Sequence record: MH550421
Length of the DNA: 64,000 nucleotides
From: Enterobacteria phage T6
Direction: 5' to 3' (one strand)
The notes under the pieces are model-generated. The model saw nothing but the letters and a program-made list of their open reading frames with translations, searched no databases and was not told the DNA's origin. Made by a program: the position numbers and the translations under genes. Position 1 is the first letter of the stretch, and each line of letters opens with the position of its first letter. This document shows positions 1-9,725 of the stretch, in pieces.

Positions 1-1
1 A

Positions 2-388
2 CAAAATGCCTACGGGTTCTTAGCTAATGGTTTACCGCTTTATTGCGATACCAACAGCCCATTAGATTATGTAATCGTTGGCGTAGTAGAAAATATCGGT
101 GAAAAAGAAATTGTTGGATCAATTTTCTATGCTCCGTATACAGAAGGTCTTGACTTAGATGACCCTGAACATGTAGGTGCATTTAAAGTTGTAGTTGATC
201 CAGAAAGTTTGCAGCCATCTATCGGTTTATTAGTTAGATATGCTTTATCTGCAAATCCTTACACTGTAGCAAAAGATGAAAAAGAAGCAAGAATAATTGA
301 TGGTGGAGACATGGATAAAATGGCGGGTCGTTCAGATTTGTCTGTTTTATTAGGTGTTAAGCTACCAAAAATTATCATTGATGAATAA
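2..388 (+). CDS. 24: Capsid vertex protein gp24, 3' portion (5' end upstream of window)
   Basis: Frame is open from window start to TAA at 386-388 (ends ...LPKIIIDE); lies immediately upstream of convergent rnlB as in T4; call rests on synteny. Confidence 0.45.
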   Translation, partial: QNAYGFLANGLPLYCDTNSPLDYVIVGVVENIGEKEIVGSIFYAPYTEGLDLDDPEHVGAFKVVVDPESLQPSIGLLVRYALSANPYTVAKDEKEARIIDGGDMDKMAGRSDLSVLLGVKLPKIIIDE

Positions 389-394
389 AACAAA

Positions 395-415
395 GGGACC
401 TTTCGGTCCCTTTTT
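395..415. terminator. Bidirectional rho-independent terminator between convergent genes 24 and rnlB
   Basis: GGGACC-TTTC-GGTCCC hairpin followed by TTTTT; T-rich on the other strand as well. Confidence 0.5.
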
Positions 416-417
416 AT

Positions 418-1422
418 TTAACTTACCAATTCAATCCAAGCCGGACGAAGTACATCTTGTACCATTTTAACTAATTCCTTCTTAATCAAAGACGGATTAT
501 CCGCTTGAGTTAGAGTAATACCTTCACGAGAAGTTTCTTCCAAAATATCTTGAACAGTTAGTCCCATCACCTTTCCAAAATCCTTTGGACCAATTTCGCC
601 AATTTTAGAAATAACGTTATTTACTCGGTTCAGTGTAACGTAACAAGCTAAAATTCCAACCAATTTGTTATCAGCTTCTGACAGTTCAACTTTAGCTTTA
701 ATAGGCTTATCAGACTTTTTCTTTTCACTAAATTTAGAGTTCTTGCATTTGATGGCTACACGATTGCGATTAGGCAGCCAAGAAGGATAACAAGGTTTCA
801 ATACATATCCTTCAGCGGTAAATACTTCGCCTTTTGCTTCAGCATTCCAAACGCATTTATTTGCATCAACTAATCCAGCATGGTCTACCGTAAAATTATA
901 ATCCTGTACGACAGAATCTAAATCATTTGGCAATTTAATCAGCTCTTCAAATTTACCGCGACCTAAAAGTGGAGCCATTTTAAATTTAAACGTATTACAG
1001 AATGATTCCATCATATAATCATCGACATAAGTTACATCACCACTTTCTGTAGTAACAATAATGTCAAATACATAAAAATCTTTATCACCATAATCGACAT
1101 TCTTCTGAATGCCAGGTCCAGCGAATTCGCCAAAGACTTGATAAGATACAACCGCTGAAGTTTCCATAATATCTTGTACTGCTTTAATGGAATCAGCGTA
1201 ATTCTTCAAAATAATTTCATACCCAAAGAAATCTTCAGCAGGAAGAATAGGACCAGTGCGTTTAGCACAAGTTACTTTATCACGCTCAATAATCAATGAG
1301 AAATTTGTGCCATGAATCTTTTCACGAGCTACCCATTCGCCGCCAGTCAATCCTAAACTGTAAAGTTTTTCAATAAATTTAGAGTTGTAATGATTTTCAA
1401 GACTGCTATACTTTTTAAACAT
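418..1422 (-). CDS. rnlB: RNA ligase 2 (Rnl2)
   Basis: 334-aa ORF with KIHGTN nucleotidyltransferase motif I; size and sequence match my recollection of T4 Rnl2. Confidence 0.9.
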   Translation of the reverse strand: MFKKYSSLENHYNSKFIEKLYSLGLTGGEWVAREKIHGTNFSLIIERDKVTCAKRTGPILPAEDFFGYEIILKNYADSIKAVQDIMETSAVVSYQVFGEFAGPGIQKNVDYGDKDFYVFDIIVTTESGDVTYVDDYMMESFCNTFKFKMAPLLGRGKFEELIKLPNDLDSVVQDYNFTVDHAGLVDANKCVWNAEAKGEVFTAEGYVLKPCYPSWLPNRNRVAIKCKNSKFSEKKKSDKPIKAKVELSEADNKLVGILACYVTLNRVNNVISKIGEIGPKDFGKVMGLTVQDILEETSREGITLTQADNPSLIKKELVKMVQDVLRPAWIELVS

Positions 1423-1431
1423 AATTAATCC

Positions 1432-1710
1432 TCAAAATGTAATTTCTAACCAATCACCATCACGCTGATCACTATTAACTTTAAAGCTGAATCCTTCTTT
1501 TCTCAGCCAATCACCAATTTCTTCAGTAATCAATTTATCACGAGCAGTACAATAATAACTAAAATATGTTTTACCTTGTTCAGCTGCTTTATTAGCAAGT
1601 TCCGAAAAATCTTTAATAAAACACTCTAGCTTAAACTGTTTGCTTTTAAGTGCTTTTTCGCGTAATTGATTAGCAAAAGATTCATTTTCATAAAGATCAT
1701 ACTGTTCCAT
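1432..1710 (-). CDS. Hypothetical protein, 92 aa (position of T4 24.2)
   Basis: ORF directly downstream of rnlB on the same strand; no recognised motif. Confidence 0.5.
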   Translation of the reverse strand: MEQYDLYENESFANQLREKALKSKQFKLECFIKDFSELANKAAEQGKTYFSYYCTARDKLITEEIGDWLRKEGFSFKVNSDQRDGDWLEITF

Positions 1711-1912
1711 TTTTCACCTTTTTATTAATATGTCTTTTTCTATAGACAACTTTTTCTCGAGTTTCAAATTTATTCTTAGCAGTCATAGCTCGAGCCCATA
1801 ATACAGCCACTTCTTTTGCCTGTAAGTTTAATTCACGAGCAATTTCAATGAATGACTTTCCAGACTCATGAAGAGTAAACACCACAACCTCAGTTCTCAT
1901 AATCAATCTCAT
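1697..1912 (-). CDS. Small putative helix-turn-helix protein, 71 aa (position of T4 24.3)
   Basis: ORF with HTH-like segment GKSFIEIARELNLQAKEV; overlaps upstream ORF by 14 nt. Confidence 0.45.
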   Translation of the reverse strand: MRLIMRTEVVVFTLHESGKSFIEIARELNLQAKEVAVLWARAMTAKNKFETREKVVYRKRHINKKVKNGTV

Positions 1913-1981
1913 GTTATCGAGTTGGTGCCATTATATACATCATTTTCTGATTGTGTTTTACGTGCTTTCAAAATGAAGAAA

Positions 1982-1995
1982 GGGGCCGAAGCCCC
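1982..1995 (-). terminator. Terminator hairpin downstream of hoc
   Basis: GGGGC-CGAA-GCCCC hairpin; on the gene strand followed by T-rich TTTCTTCATTTT. Confidence 0.4.
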
Positions 1996-2001
1996 TTATG
2001 A

Positions 2002-3133
2002 TTATGGATAGGTATAGATGATACCAGTTTCTAAAGCAGTTTTATGAATGATGTATCCATTACGTGATTCTTGAACATCAACTTCTGGATAGTCTTTCAT
2101 CATCTTCTGAAGAGTGTAACGATGCAGGTAGTATTTACTATCTGGATCTTCAGTTTTCCAATCTTTACCTTCTTCAGTCATTTTTTGAATTTCATCCATA
2201 ACCCACCAACCGCACCAGATGTAAGCTGAAGTACGATGTGGAAGAGGATGAACATAAGGTAATTCACCTTCTGGTTCTGGAGCAACTTTATCAGTTACCT
2301 GAACTTGACCTTCTGCTGTAATAGTTTTGCTATCATAATCAGTAGCAGTAACGACGGCAGTCACTTCAATAGTTTGACTTCCAATAGATGAGGTATCAAC
2401 GGTATATACATTAGTTGACCCTTCTACAGGAGAAGAATCTTTCTTCCATGAATACGCAATTTGCGCTTCTTCTGGAGCATCAGTAACATTAGCAGTAAAT
2501 GTAGCCGAAGCATCTTGTTGAACGTTAATAGAAGGAGGAGTCAATGTAACCTGTGGATTCATTGTCTTCTTATTAACCGTTAATGATACTTCATTAGAAG
2601 TAACTTCCTTTTCATTGTAATTTTCTGCAGTTACTTGGGCTACGCATTTAATTCTTTTTAACTCCACTTGTAGTTGGAGTGTAATTGAATGTAGCGGAAG
2701 TTGCTTCGTCCACAGGAGAACCGTCAACGTACCACTGATATGTGGCGTTTGCGCCCGATGGCTGCGAAGCTAAAGTAGCGGTAAATTCAACAGCTGTTCC
2801 GATTACTCCAGCATCAGGGCTACCAGGAGTTACGGCTAAAGTAGTTGTTTGTGTCTTATTTTGAACTGTGATAGTTGTACTAATTTCAGCTGTTTCGGGA
2901 CTACTATCGGCAACTTGATTTGTTGCAACTACTTTAATAGTCTTTTGACCGGCAGGTCCTTTTAGTACATAACTAAAAGTTGCTGACGTTTCTTCCTGTG
3001 GAACATCGTCTACAGTCCAAGCATAGGTAATAGTTCCACCTCCAGTTTCACCACTGGGTGTAGCAGTAAACTGCTTAGTTTCATCAATAACCCCTGTTGG
3101 TGTTTTAGGAGTTATATCAACTGTAAAAGCCAT
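2002..3133 (-). pseudogene. hoc: Outer capsid protein Hoc, interrupted by a +1 frameshift (or sequencing error)
   Basis: Two overlapping ORFs (2648..3133 and 2002..2727) both encode Ig-like Hoc sequence; frame changes at an A5 run (plus-strand T run 2655-2659); 1132 nt total = 376 codons + stop + 1 extra nt. Confidence 0.8.
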
Positions 3134-3142
3134 AAGTTATCC

Positions 3143-3823
3143 TTATTTTAATGTTACGAAAGAAGAATTACGTGTTTCACGAATTAGAACTGATCCGTCG
3201 CGATTAATGTAATAAATTAAGCTAAATAAAGTTTGGTGTGCCGACGCATGTTCAAAACTAGTTGGTTGAGATTTCCAATCCGGAGTTTCAGCGATCCATT
3301 GATAAATCCACCAAGGAACAGTGCAGAATCCTGGATTTTTTCCAATCAGCTGAAGATTCGGACTAAAGTTTTCCGGAAGAGTAAATACAGACGGCTTTTC
3401 AGATTCAATAATCTCAGCTACAGCCTGTTCGAATTTTTCTTCAACAAAAGGAGTATCTTCAATCAAAACTGAGGTATTTTCAGGAATTTTATCAGTTTCT
3501 ACTACTTCAATTTTAATGTCAGATTTAATCGGAGAATCAATCAGAAGTGCTGCTTCTGGATTGACTTCTTCATCGTCATATTTTAATCCCTCTGCGGCAT
3601 CAGCAGCATCAATTAAGTCTTTAATAGATAACCCATCAGTCTCTGGCATAGGTTCACTAGCGAGCTTCTGGAGGGCTTCTTCAATATCATTAACGATATT
3701 ATCAAAAGATTTATTCTTTTTGACCTTTATACCAAACTGTTCAGCATATTCAGCTAATTTAGCTTTAGCTTCTTTGTTATCATCAAGAGCCTTCAGCTCT
3801 GCAATATAATCTTTATCTATCAT
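3143..3823 (-). CDS. inh: Inhibitor of prohead protease (Inh)
   Basis: 226-aa ORF immediately upstream of hoc; size and N-terminus MIDKDYIAELK consistent with T4 Inh. Confidence 0.75.
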   Translation of the reverse strand: MIDKDYIAELKALDDNKEAKAKLAEYAEQFGIKVKKNKSFDNIVNDIEEALQKLASEPMPETDGLSIKDLIDAADAAEGLKYDDEEVNPEAALLIDSPIKSDIKIEVVETDKIPENTSVLIEDTPFVEEKFEQAVAEIIESEKPSVFTLPENFSPNLQLIGKNPGFCTVPWWIYQWIAETPDWKSQPTSFEHASAHQTLFSLIYYINRDGSVLIRETRNSSFVTLK

Positions 3824-3836
3824 AATATTTCCTCAG

Positions 3837-3844
3837 TATAAATA
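3837..3844 (+). promoter_or_regulatory. Late promoter (TATAAATA) upstream of segE/uvsW
   Basis: Exact TATAAATA 29 nt upstream of the segE ATG; sits in a near-palindromic TATAAATATAGATATATTTATTA that also gives a late-promoter-like element for inh on the other strand. Confidence 0.45.
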
Positions 3845-3872
3845 TAGATATATTTATTACTCGGAAAATAGT

Positions 3873-4490
3873 ATGTACCACTTTGTATATGAAACAACAA
3901 ATCTAATAAATGGTAAAAAGTATATAGGAAAGCACTCTACTGATGACTTGAATGATGGTTACCTTGGTTCCGGTAAGGCAATTCAGCAGGCTATAAAGAA
4001 ATATGGTGAAAACAATTTCTCTAGAACAATACTAAAAGAGTTTAAAACTTCCGAAGAAGCGTACATGTATGAAGAAGAAATTATAACTCCTGAACTAATA
4101 AAAAGCAAAAATTATTATAATATGAAACCTGGCGGAATTGGTGGAATTGTTATGACTACAGAGGTTATAGCAAAGATGAAAGAATCTTCCGCTAAAAGAT
4201 TTGAAAACTCACCGGGCACGGTATTAGGTAAAACTTGTTATACTAATGGAACTAAAAATATTTTTATTAAACCTGGAGAACTTGTTCCAGAAGGATTTGT
4301 AAAAGGGATGGTTCATCCTAATAGAAAGTCCAGAAAAGGATGTAAAGTCAAACCGACTACCACAGGAACTTTTTGGGTCAATAATGGCGCAATAAATAAA
4401 TTAATACAACCAGACGGTATTATTCCCGACGGATTTATTAAAGGTCGTCTCATGAAAAGAGATTCTAAAGGCAAATTTAGTAAGGCATAA
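3873..4490 (+). CDS. segE: GIY-YIG homing endonuclease SegE
   Basis: 205-aa ORF with GIY-YIG motifs (KYIGKHS ... DGYLGSG); located between inh and uvsW as in T4. Confidence 0.8.
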   Translation: MYHFVYETTNLINGKKYIGKHSTDDLNDGYLGSGKAIQQAIKKYGENNFSRTILKEFKTSEEAYMYEEEIITPELIKSKNYYNMKPGGIGGIVMTTEVIAKMKESSAKRFENSPGTVLGKTCYTNGTKNIFIKPGELVPEGFVKGMVHPNRKSRKGCKVKPTTTGTFWVNNGAINKLIQPDGIIPDGFIKGRLMKRDSKGKFSKA

Positions 4491-4492
4491 TT

Positions 4493-6000
4493 ATGGATAT
4501 TAAAGTACATTTTCACGACTTCAGTCATGTACGCATCGATTGTGAAGAGAGCACGTTTCACGAATTAAGAGATTTCTTTTCGTTTGAGGCCGATGGATAT
4601 AGATTTAATCCTCGCTTCAGATGTGGCAACTGGGATGGACGAATCCGTCTTTTAGATTATAATCGACTTCTTCCATTCGGCTTAGTCGGGCAAATTAAAA
4701 AGTTCTGTGATAACTTTGGCTATAAAGCCTGGATTGACCCACAAATTAACGAAAAAGAAGAATTATCAAGAAAAGATTTTGATGAATGGCTTTCTAAATT
4801 AGAAATCTATTCAGGAAATAAAAGAATTGAACCACACTGGTATCAAAAAGATGCAGTGTTCGAAGGATTAGTTAATCGTCGTAGAATTCTTAATCTTCCA
4901 ACATCTGCAGGTAAATCTTTAATTCAAGCTTTGCTTGCGCGGTATTATTTGGAAAATTATGAAGGTAAAATTCTTATCATTGTTCCAACAACTGCTCTGA
5001 CAACTCAGATGGCTGATGACTTTGTTGACTATCGTTTATTCAGTCATGCAATGATAAAGAAAATCGGTGGCGGAGCATCAAAAGATGATAAATATAAAAA
5101 TGATGCACCAGTCGTTGTTGGTACATGGCAAACTGTAGTTAAACAACCGAAAGAATGGTTCTCACAGTTTGGAATGATGATGAATGATGAATGCCATCTT
5201 GCTACAGGAAAAAGTATTTCATCTATCATATCAGGATTAAATAATTGCATGTTTAAATTTGGTTTGTCTGGTTCATTACGTGATGGAAAAGCCAATATCA
5301 TGCAGTATGTTGGAATGTTTGGTGAAATATTTAAGCCAGTAACGACTTCTAAGTTAATGGAAGATGGACAAGTAACTGAGCTAAAAATTAATAGTATTTT
5401 TCTTCGCTATCCCGATGAGTTCACTACTAAATTAAAGGGAAAAACTTACCAAGAAGAAATAAAAATTATTACTGGGCTTAGTAAAAGAAATAAATGGATC
5501 GCTAAATTAGCTATTAAGCTTGCGCAAAAAGATGAAAACGCTTTTGTCATGTTTAACATGTATCGCATGGTAAAGCTATTTTCGATTTAATTAAAAATGA
5601 ATACGATAAAGTTTATTACGTATCAGGGGAAGTTGATACCGAAACCCGCAATATAATGAAAACCTTAGCTGAAAATGGTAAAGGAATAATTATAGTAGCT
5701 AGTTATGGTGTATTTTCTACTGGTATTTCAGTTAAAAATCTGCATCACGTTGTTTTAGCGCACGGTGTTAAATCAAAAATCATTGTATTACAAACAATCG
5801 GTCGTGTATTACGTAAGCATGGTTCTAAAACAATCGCAACAGTCTGGGACCTCATAGATGACGCGGGCGTAGTTTCTAAATCAAAAACATCTTCTAAAAA
5901 ATACTCGCATTTAAACTATCTTTTAAAACATGGAATTGATCGTATTCAGCGTTATGCTGATGAAAAGTTTAATTATGTGATGAAAGAGGTTAAACTTTGA
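4493..6000 (+). CDS. uvsW: UvsW SF2 helicase, reading frame broken by an apparent 1-nt deletion near 5552-5556
   Basis: ORF 4493..5590 carries Walker A (LPTSAGKS) and DECH; ORF 5656..6000 in another frame carries motif VI (QTIGRVLRK); restoring one A in TTTAACATG gives a continuous 502-codon gene. Confidence 0.85.
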
Positions 6001-6689
6001 ATTATAAATTAATATATGATAATTTAATTAATAGAGCCCAGAATCGGGCTCGCCTTAATGAATACACTGAAACACATCATATAATTCCTAGATGTATGGG
6101 TGGTACAAATGATAAGTGTAATTTAGTAGAACTAACGGCTGAAGAACATTTTATAGCCCATAAACTTTTAGCTAAAATTCATCCAAACCATTACGGTATA
6201 ATTAAAGCTGTTATATGTATGGGGATGAATTCAAATACTCATGAAAGACACGTCAATAAATCTTACGCATGGGAACGTCGTAAAATGGCAGAACTTCAAT
6301 CCGGCGAAGGTAATCCATTTTACGGAAAACACCATACGGAAGAACATAAACAATATATGTCAAAACTCATGAAAAGTCGTCCAATTACATGGGGAAATAA
6401 AATTAGTAAAACTAAAAGAATGAACCCAACGAAATGGACTGAAGAAGCTAAAAGATTACATTCAATCAATCAATCGGGTAAAAATAACGGCATGTATGGA
6501 AGGAAACATTCCGCTAAATCTATTCAGAAAATTAAAGATAACATGCCAGATAATTCAGGAGCTAATAACCCAGCTGCTAAACCTATAGAAGTAAATGGTG
6601 TTAAGTATAAATGTATGAAAGATGCTTCTAAAGCTACTGGATTATCAATGTACAAACTAAGAATACTTAGAAAAACAGTTAATTTATAA
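5997..6689 (+). CDS. HNH homing endonuclease, MobE-like, with NUMOD-type C-terminal DNA-binding modules
   Basis: 230-aa ORF; N-terminal HNH core (ETHHIIPRCMGG ... NLVELTAEEHFIAH) about 60 percent identical to MobE in this window; apparent TTG start overlapping the uvsW TGA stop. Confidence 0.8.
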   Translation: MNYKLIYDNLINRAQNRARLNEYTETHHIIPRCMGGTNDKCNLVELTAEEHFIAHKLLAKIHPNHYGIIKAVICMGMNSNTHERHVNKSYAWERRKMAELQSGEGNPFYGKHHTEEHKQYMSKLMKSRPITWGNKISKTKRMNPTKWTEEAKRLHSINQSGKNNGMYGRKHSAKSIQKIKDNMPDNSGANNPAAKPIEVNGVKYKCMKDASKATGLSMYKLRILRKTVNL

Positions 6690-6714
6690 GGGCTTCGGCC
6701 CTTTGGAGAAAAAG

Positions 6715-6945
6715 ATGTTACTAGAATTTAAACAATTTCTTTATGAAGCTTCTATTGATGAATTTATGGGTAAAATTGCCTCTTGTCAAACATTAGAAGG
6801 TTTAGAAGAACTTGAAGCTTATTATAAGAAAAGAGTCAAAGAAACTGAATTAAAAGATACTGATGACATCTCTGTGAGAGATGCTTTGGCAGGAAAAAGA
6901 GCTGAATTAGAAGATTCAGACGATGAAGTAGAAGAAAGCTTTTAA
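6715..6945 (+). CDS. uvsW.1: UvsW.1 (76 aa)
   Basis: ATG at 6715 preceded by GGGCTTCGGCCC hairpin and GGAGAAAAAG Shine-Dalgarno; 76-aa product matches the reported size of T4 UvsW.1. Confidence 0.65.
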   Translation: MLLEFKQFLYEASIDEFMGKIASCQTLEGLEELEAYYKKRVKETELKDTDDISVRDALAGKRAELEDSDDEVEESF

Positions 6946-7000
6946 ATTAAAAAAGGCCCAACCAAAAAGGAAGGGCCAAAACTATAGACTAAAGGTCACA

Positions 7001-7168
7001 CTATAGCAAAAGTTGCGTTTCATTTAATTGTTCTTCCGAACTTTCTGAAACTGGTAGTTCTTTAATGTAATTATAGCAAGGCCCAGGATGTACAGGACCT
7101 TTGTCTGTTTCAACAACCAATGCAGAATCGATTGGAGTTTTACAGACAACACAAATCTTATCTGACAT
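7001..7168 (-). CDS. Small Cys-containing protein, 55 aa (position of T4 uvsY.-2)
   Basis: ATG preceded by GAGGAGACAATC; encodes MSDKICVVCK...HPGPC; below the ORF-track size cutoff, found by reading. Confidence 0.4.
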   Translation of the reverse strand: MSDKICVVCKTPIDSALVVETDKGPVHPGPCYNYIKELPVSESSEEQLNETQLLL

Positions 7169-7196
7169 GATTGTCTCCTCTGAATTATATATCTAT

Positions 7197-7421
7197 TTAT
7201 ACAACTCTCATATGCATATCAATGCCCATATCTTTAGAATAAAAATATTCATCAAGATATCCGGCAAATTTTCCTTTAATATAAAGGACATCTTCACCAC
7301 ACGGGTGGTCGGCCAGGATACGAATATCCTGACGCTTAAGATTATGCTTTTTCATTAAGAATTGAATTTCCGTTTCAAATTCTTCTTCATAATTAAAAGC
7401 ATCATCAATACTATATTTCAT
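7197..7421 (-). CDS. Hypothetical protein, 74 aa (position of T4 uvsY.-1)
   Basis: ORF immediately downstream of uvsY; its start overlaps the uvsY stop. Confidence 0.5.
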   Translation of the reverse strand: MKYSIDDAFNYEEEFETEIQFLMKKHNLKRQDIRILADHPCGEDVLYIKGKFAGYLDEYFYSKDMGIDMHMRVV

Positions 7422-7834
7422 TATTTTCCAGCCTCAAATGCCCGCATGTCTTGAATATGCTTAATAGCAAATCCACGTGATTTAATAGCATCAAGAGCTC
7501 CGCTACAGAAATCTAATAAAATCCCCCAATACTGTAACGAGGTATCAACCTTTAAAACATCCTTATCAGCTGATAGAACTGTCTTCATTTCTGATTTCTC
7601 GTAACGATCCATACTAAATTCATCACCATCTCCTCGTCCCGAGTAGTAGTCTAATTTAGCTTTAAGAGCAACTTTTTTCTGTGCGTCAATTCTAAGCATT
7701 TCCTTTTTAATACTTGAATGCTTATTAAGCCATTTACTATATAACATCACATTATTAGCTGCTTCATACTGTAATTTAGTCGAATCTATAAACACATCTT
7801 TCTTCAATTCTTCTTGAAGATCTTCTAATCTCAT
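7421..7834 (-). CDS. uvsY: Recombination mediator protein UvsY
   Basis: 137-aa ORF MRLEDLQEELKKDVFID...; matches T4 UvsY in size and sequence as I recall it. Confidence 0.9.
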   Translation of the reverse strand: MRLEDLQEELKKDVFIDSTKLQYEAANNVMLYSKWLNKHSSIKKEMLRIDAQKKVALKAKLDYYSGRGDGDEFSMDRYEKSEMKTVLSADKDVLKVDTSLQYWGILLDFCSGALDAIKSRGFAIKHIQDMRAFEAGK

Positions 7835-7900
7835 ATTGTTCTCTATTCAATTGTTATTGGATGGACTTAGATTCATTATACCACGTTTTAACGTGAAGCA

Positions 7901-8299
7901 TTATACTCTATTACTGGAAGCCAGTTGCAGTTTTATCTGCTCAATATCATCGGGATTATCGATGACCGAAAAGCGTATTTCTACTATCAGAGTATAATCA
8001 TCATAAACGGGTATTACATTAACTGCTAATTTATCAATACGTGGCTCGTAGTTTCTTACTGCGCTTTCAATGTTACGCTCAACAGTATCAGCAGTAAGAG
8101 GAGTCATATTCTCAAAAAGTTGGTCAGATAAATCGCATCCAAATTCTGGGTCAAACGGCCTTGACCCTTTCCTGGTTGTAATAATTCCCAAAAGACTGTT
8201 TTTAATTGACCTTAATCCAAGTGATCTGGAAACATCTTTGTTCCAATCCATTTTCATTTCCGGGTCAATGTCAGAATAAAGCTTATTAATATTTGCCAT
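7901..8299 (-). CDS. 25: Baseplate wedge protein gp25
   Basis: 132-aa ORF; size, sequence and position next to gp26 match T4 gp25. Confidence 0.9.
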   Translation of the reverse strand: MANINKLYSDIDPEMKMDWNKDVSRSLGLRSIKNSLLGIITTRKGSRPFDPEFGCDLSDQLFENMTPLTADTVERNIESAVRNYEPRIDKLAVNVIPVYDDYTLIVEIRFSVIDNPDDIEQIKLQLASSNRV

Positions 8300-8925
8300 T
8301 ACAATAGCTCAAAGAATTCTTTGAGTCCTCTTATTACATGAGCGTGAGTTTTTCCACACTCTGGACACTTAATTGGAACAGCCAAATAAACAGTAGGCTT
8401 TAAAAGCATATCTTTTATAGCTACAATATCTGACTCTGTGATGATAGAGTATAAATCTTCCAATTCTTTTTCATTTAAGTCTTCAATTGGAATGCTTTCA
8501 CCGTTAGCATGAATCGTTTCTATACATGATACTATCATGTGGGCTATATTTTTATCATCAAAAATTTTAGGGTAATGGAACTTAATTTTAATGTCACCCA
8601 GTGTATACCAGAGGTCTTCTGGTGCATCTATTTGTGTATGTAATAGATTTATATGGGTTGGTATTTCAGTTCCACAGGTGCACTTCCAGGAGTTTTCGTG
8701 ATTAACTTCTCCAAGAGAATGCGCCCATAAATGAATCAACAGTAGTTCTGATTCTTGGCGGTTTAAATCTTTTGCATTTGTACAGTCTTTGATTAGCTTT
8801 TTAACGATCTCTTCTACTGAACCGTTCTTTTTAGCAGTAATAAGTTCTAGATATTCTTTAAGAGTAAATGCGCGGCAGTTGATTATTTTAGAACCAACTC
8901 TCACATCAAATTTGTATTCATACAT
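8299..8925 (-). CDS. 26: Baseplate hub protein gp26
   Basis: 208-aa ORF upstream of gene 25, divergent from gene 51 as in T4. Confidence 0.8.
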   Translation of the reverse strand: MYEYKFDVRVGSKIINCRAFTLKEYLELITAKKNGSVEEIVKKLIKDCTNAKDLNRQESELLLIHLWAHSLGEVNHENSWKCTCGTEIPTHINLLHTQIDAPEDLWYTLGDIKIKFHYPKIFDDKNIAHMIVSCIETIHANGESIPIEDLNEKELEDLYSIITESDIVAIKDMLLKPTVYLAVPIKCPECGKTHAHVIRGLKEFFELL

Positions 8926-8946
8926 ATTTAGCTCCTTTATTTATCA

Positions 8947-8958
8947 TATTTATAAATA
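8947..8958. promoter_or_regulatory. Divergent overlapping late promoters for gene 26 (minus) and gene 51 (plus)
   Basis: Palindromic TATTTATAAATA: TATAAATA on plus at 8951-8958 and on minus at 8947-8954. Confidence 0.5.
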
Positions 8959-8975
8959 GAATAAAAGGAGCATCT

Positions 8976-9725
8976 ATGGCAAACATTATTCGTTGTAAAT
9001 TACCAGATGGTGTTCATCGTTTTAAACCATTTACGGTAGAAGATTATCGAGATTTTTTGTTAGTTCGAAACGATATAGAACATCGGTCACCACAAGAACA
9101 AAAAGAAATAATTGCTGATTTAATTGCCGATTATTTTGGAGACTATCCGAAGACTTGGCAACCATTTATATTTTTGCAGGTATTTGTAGGGTCAATAGGT
9201 AAAACTAAAGTACCTGTCACATTTGTATGTCCAAAATGTAAAAAAGAAAAGACAGTTCCATTTGAAATATATCAAAAAGAATTAAAGGAACCTGTTTTTG
9301 ATGTAGCTAATGTTAAAATTAAATTAAAGTTTCCTTCTGAGTTTTATGAAAATAAAGCAAAGATGATTACTGAAAATATTCATTCTGTTCAAGTAGATGA
9401 AATATGGTATGATTGGAAGGAAATTAGTGAATCAAGCCAAATAGAACTTGTTGATGCCATCGAGATAGAAACATTAGAAAAAATTCTCGATGCAATGAAT
9501 CCTATTAATTTAACATTGCATATGTCATGTTGTAATAAGTATGTAAAAAAATACACTGATATAGTAGATGTGTTTAAGCTATTAGTTAACCCAGATGAAA
9601 TATTTACTTTTTATCAAATCAATCACACGCTCGTAAAAAGTAATTATAGCTTAAATTCAATAATGAAAATGATTCCTGCTGAGCGCGGATTCGTATTAAA
9701 ACTGATTGAGAAGGATAAACAATAA
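8976..9725 (+). CDS. 51: Baseplate hub assembly protein gp51
   Basis: 249-aa ORF; size and position upstream of gene 27 match T4 gp51. Confidence 0.8.
   Translation: MANIIRCKLPDGVHRFKPFTVEDYRDFLLVRNDIEHRSPQEQKEIIADLIADYFGDYPKTWQPFIFLQVFVGSIGKTKVPVTFVCPKCKKEKTVPFEIYQKELKEPVFDVANVKIKLKFPSEFYENKAKMITENIHSVQVDEIWYDWKEISESSQIELVDAIEIETLEKILDAMNPINLTLHMSCCNKYVKKYTDIVDVFKLLVNPDEIFTFYQINHTLVKSNYSLNSIMKMIPAERGFVLKLIEKDKQ

Noticed and set aside
3233-3809. Plus-strand ORFs 3233..3472 and 3516..3809 inside inh
   Set aside because: Antisense shadow ORFs within a well-supported gene, with low-complexity Ser/Ala-rich translation; the same applies to other antisense ORFs in the track such as 28865..29263, 51051..51521, 52234..52533 and 63315..63677
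5986-6689. Possible target-site duplication at the HNH insertion (GAGGTTAAACTTTGA versus ACAGTTAATTTATAA)
   Set aside because: Only 8 of 15 positions match; too weak to call a duplication, unlike the perfect 9-bp repeat at the frd/td insertion
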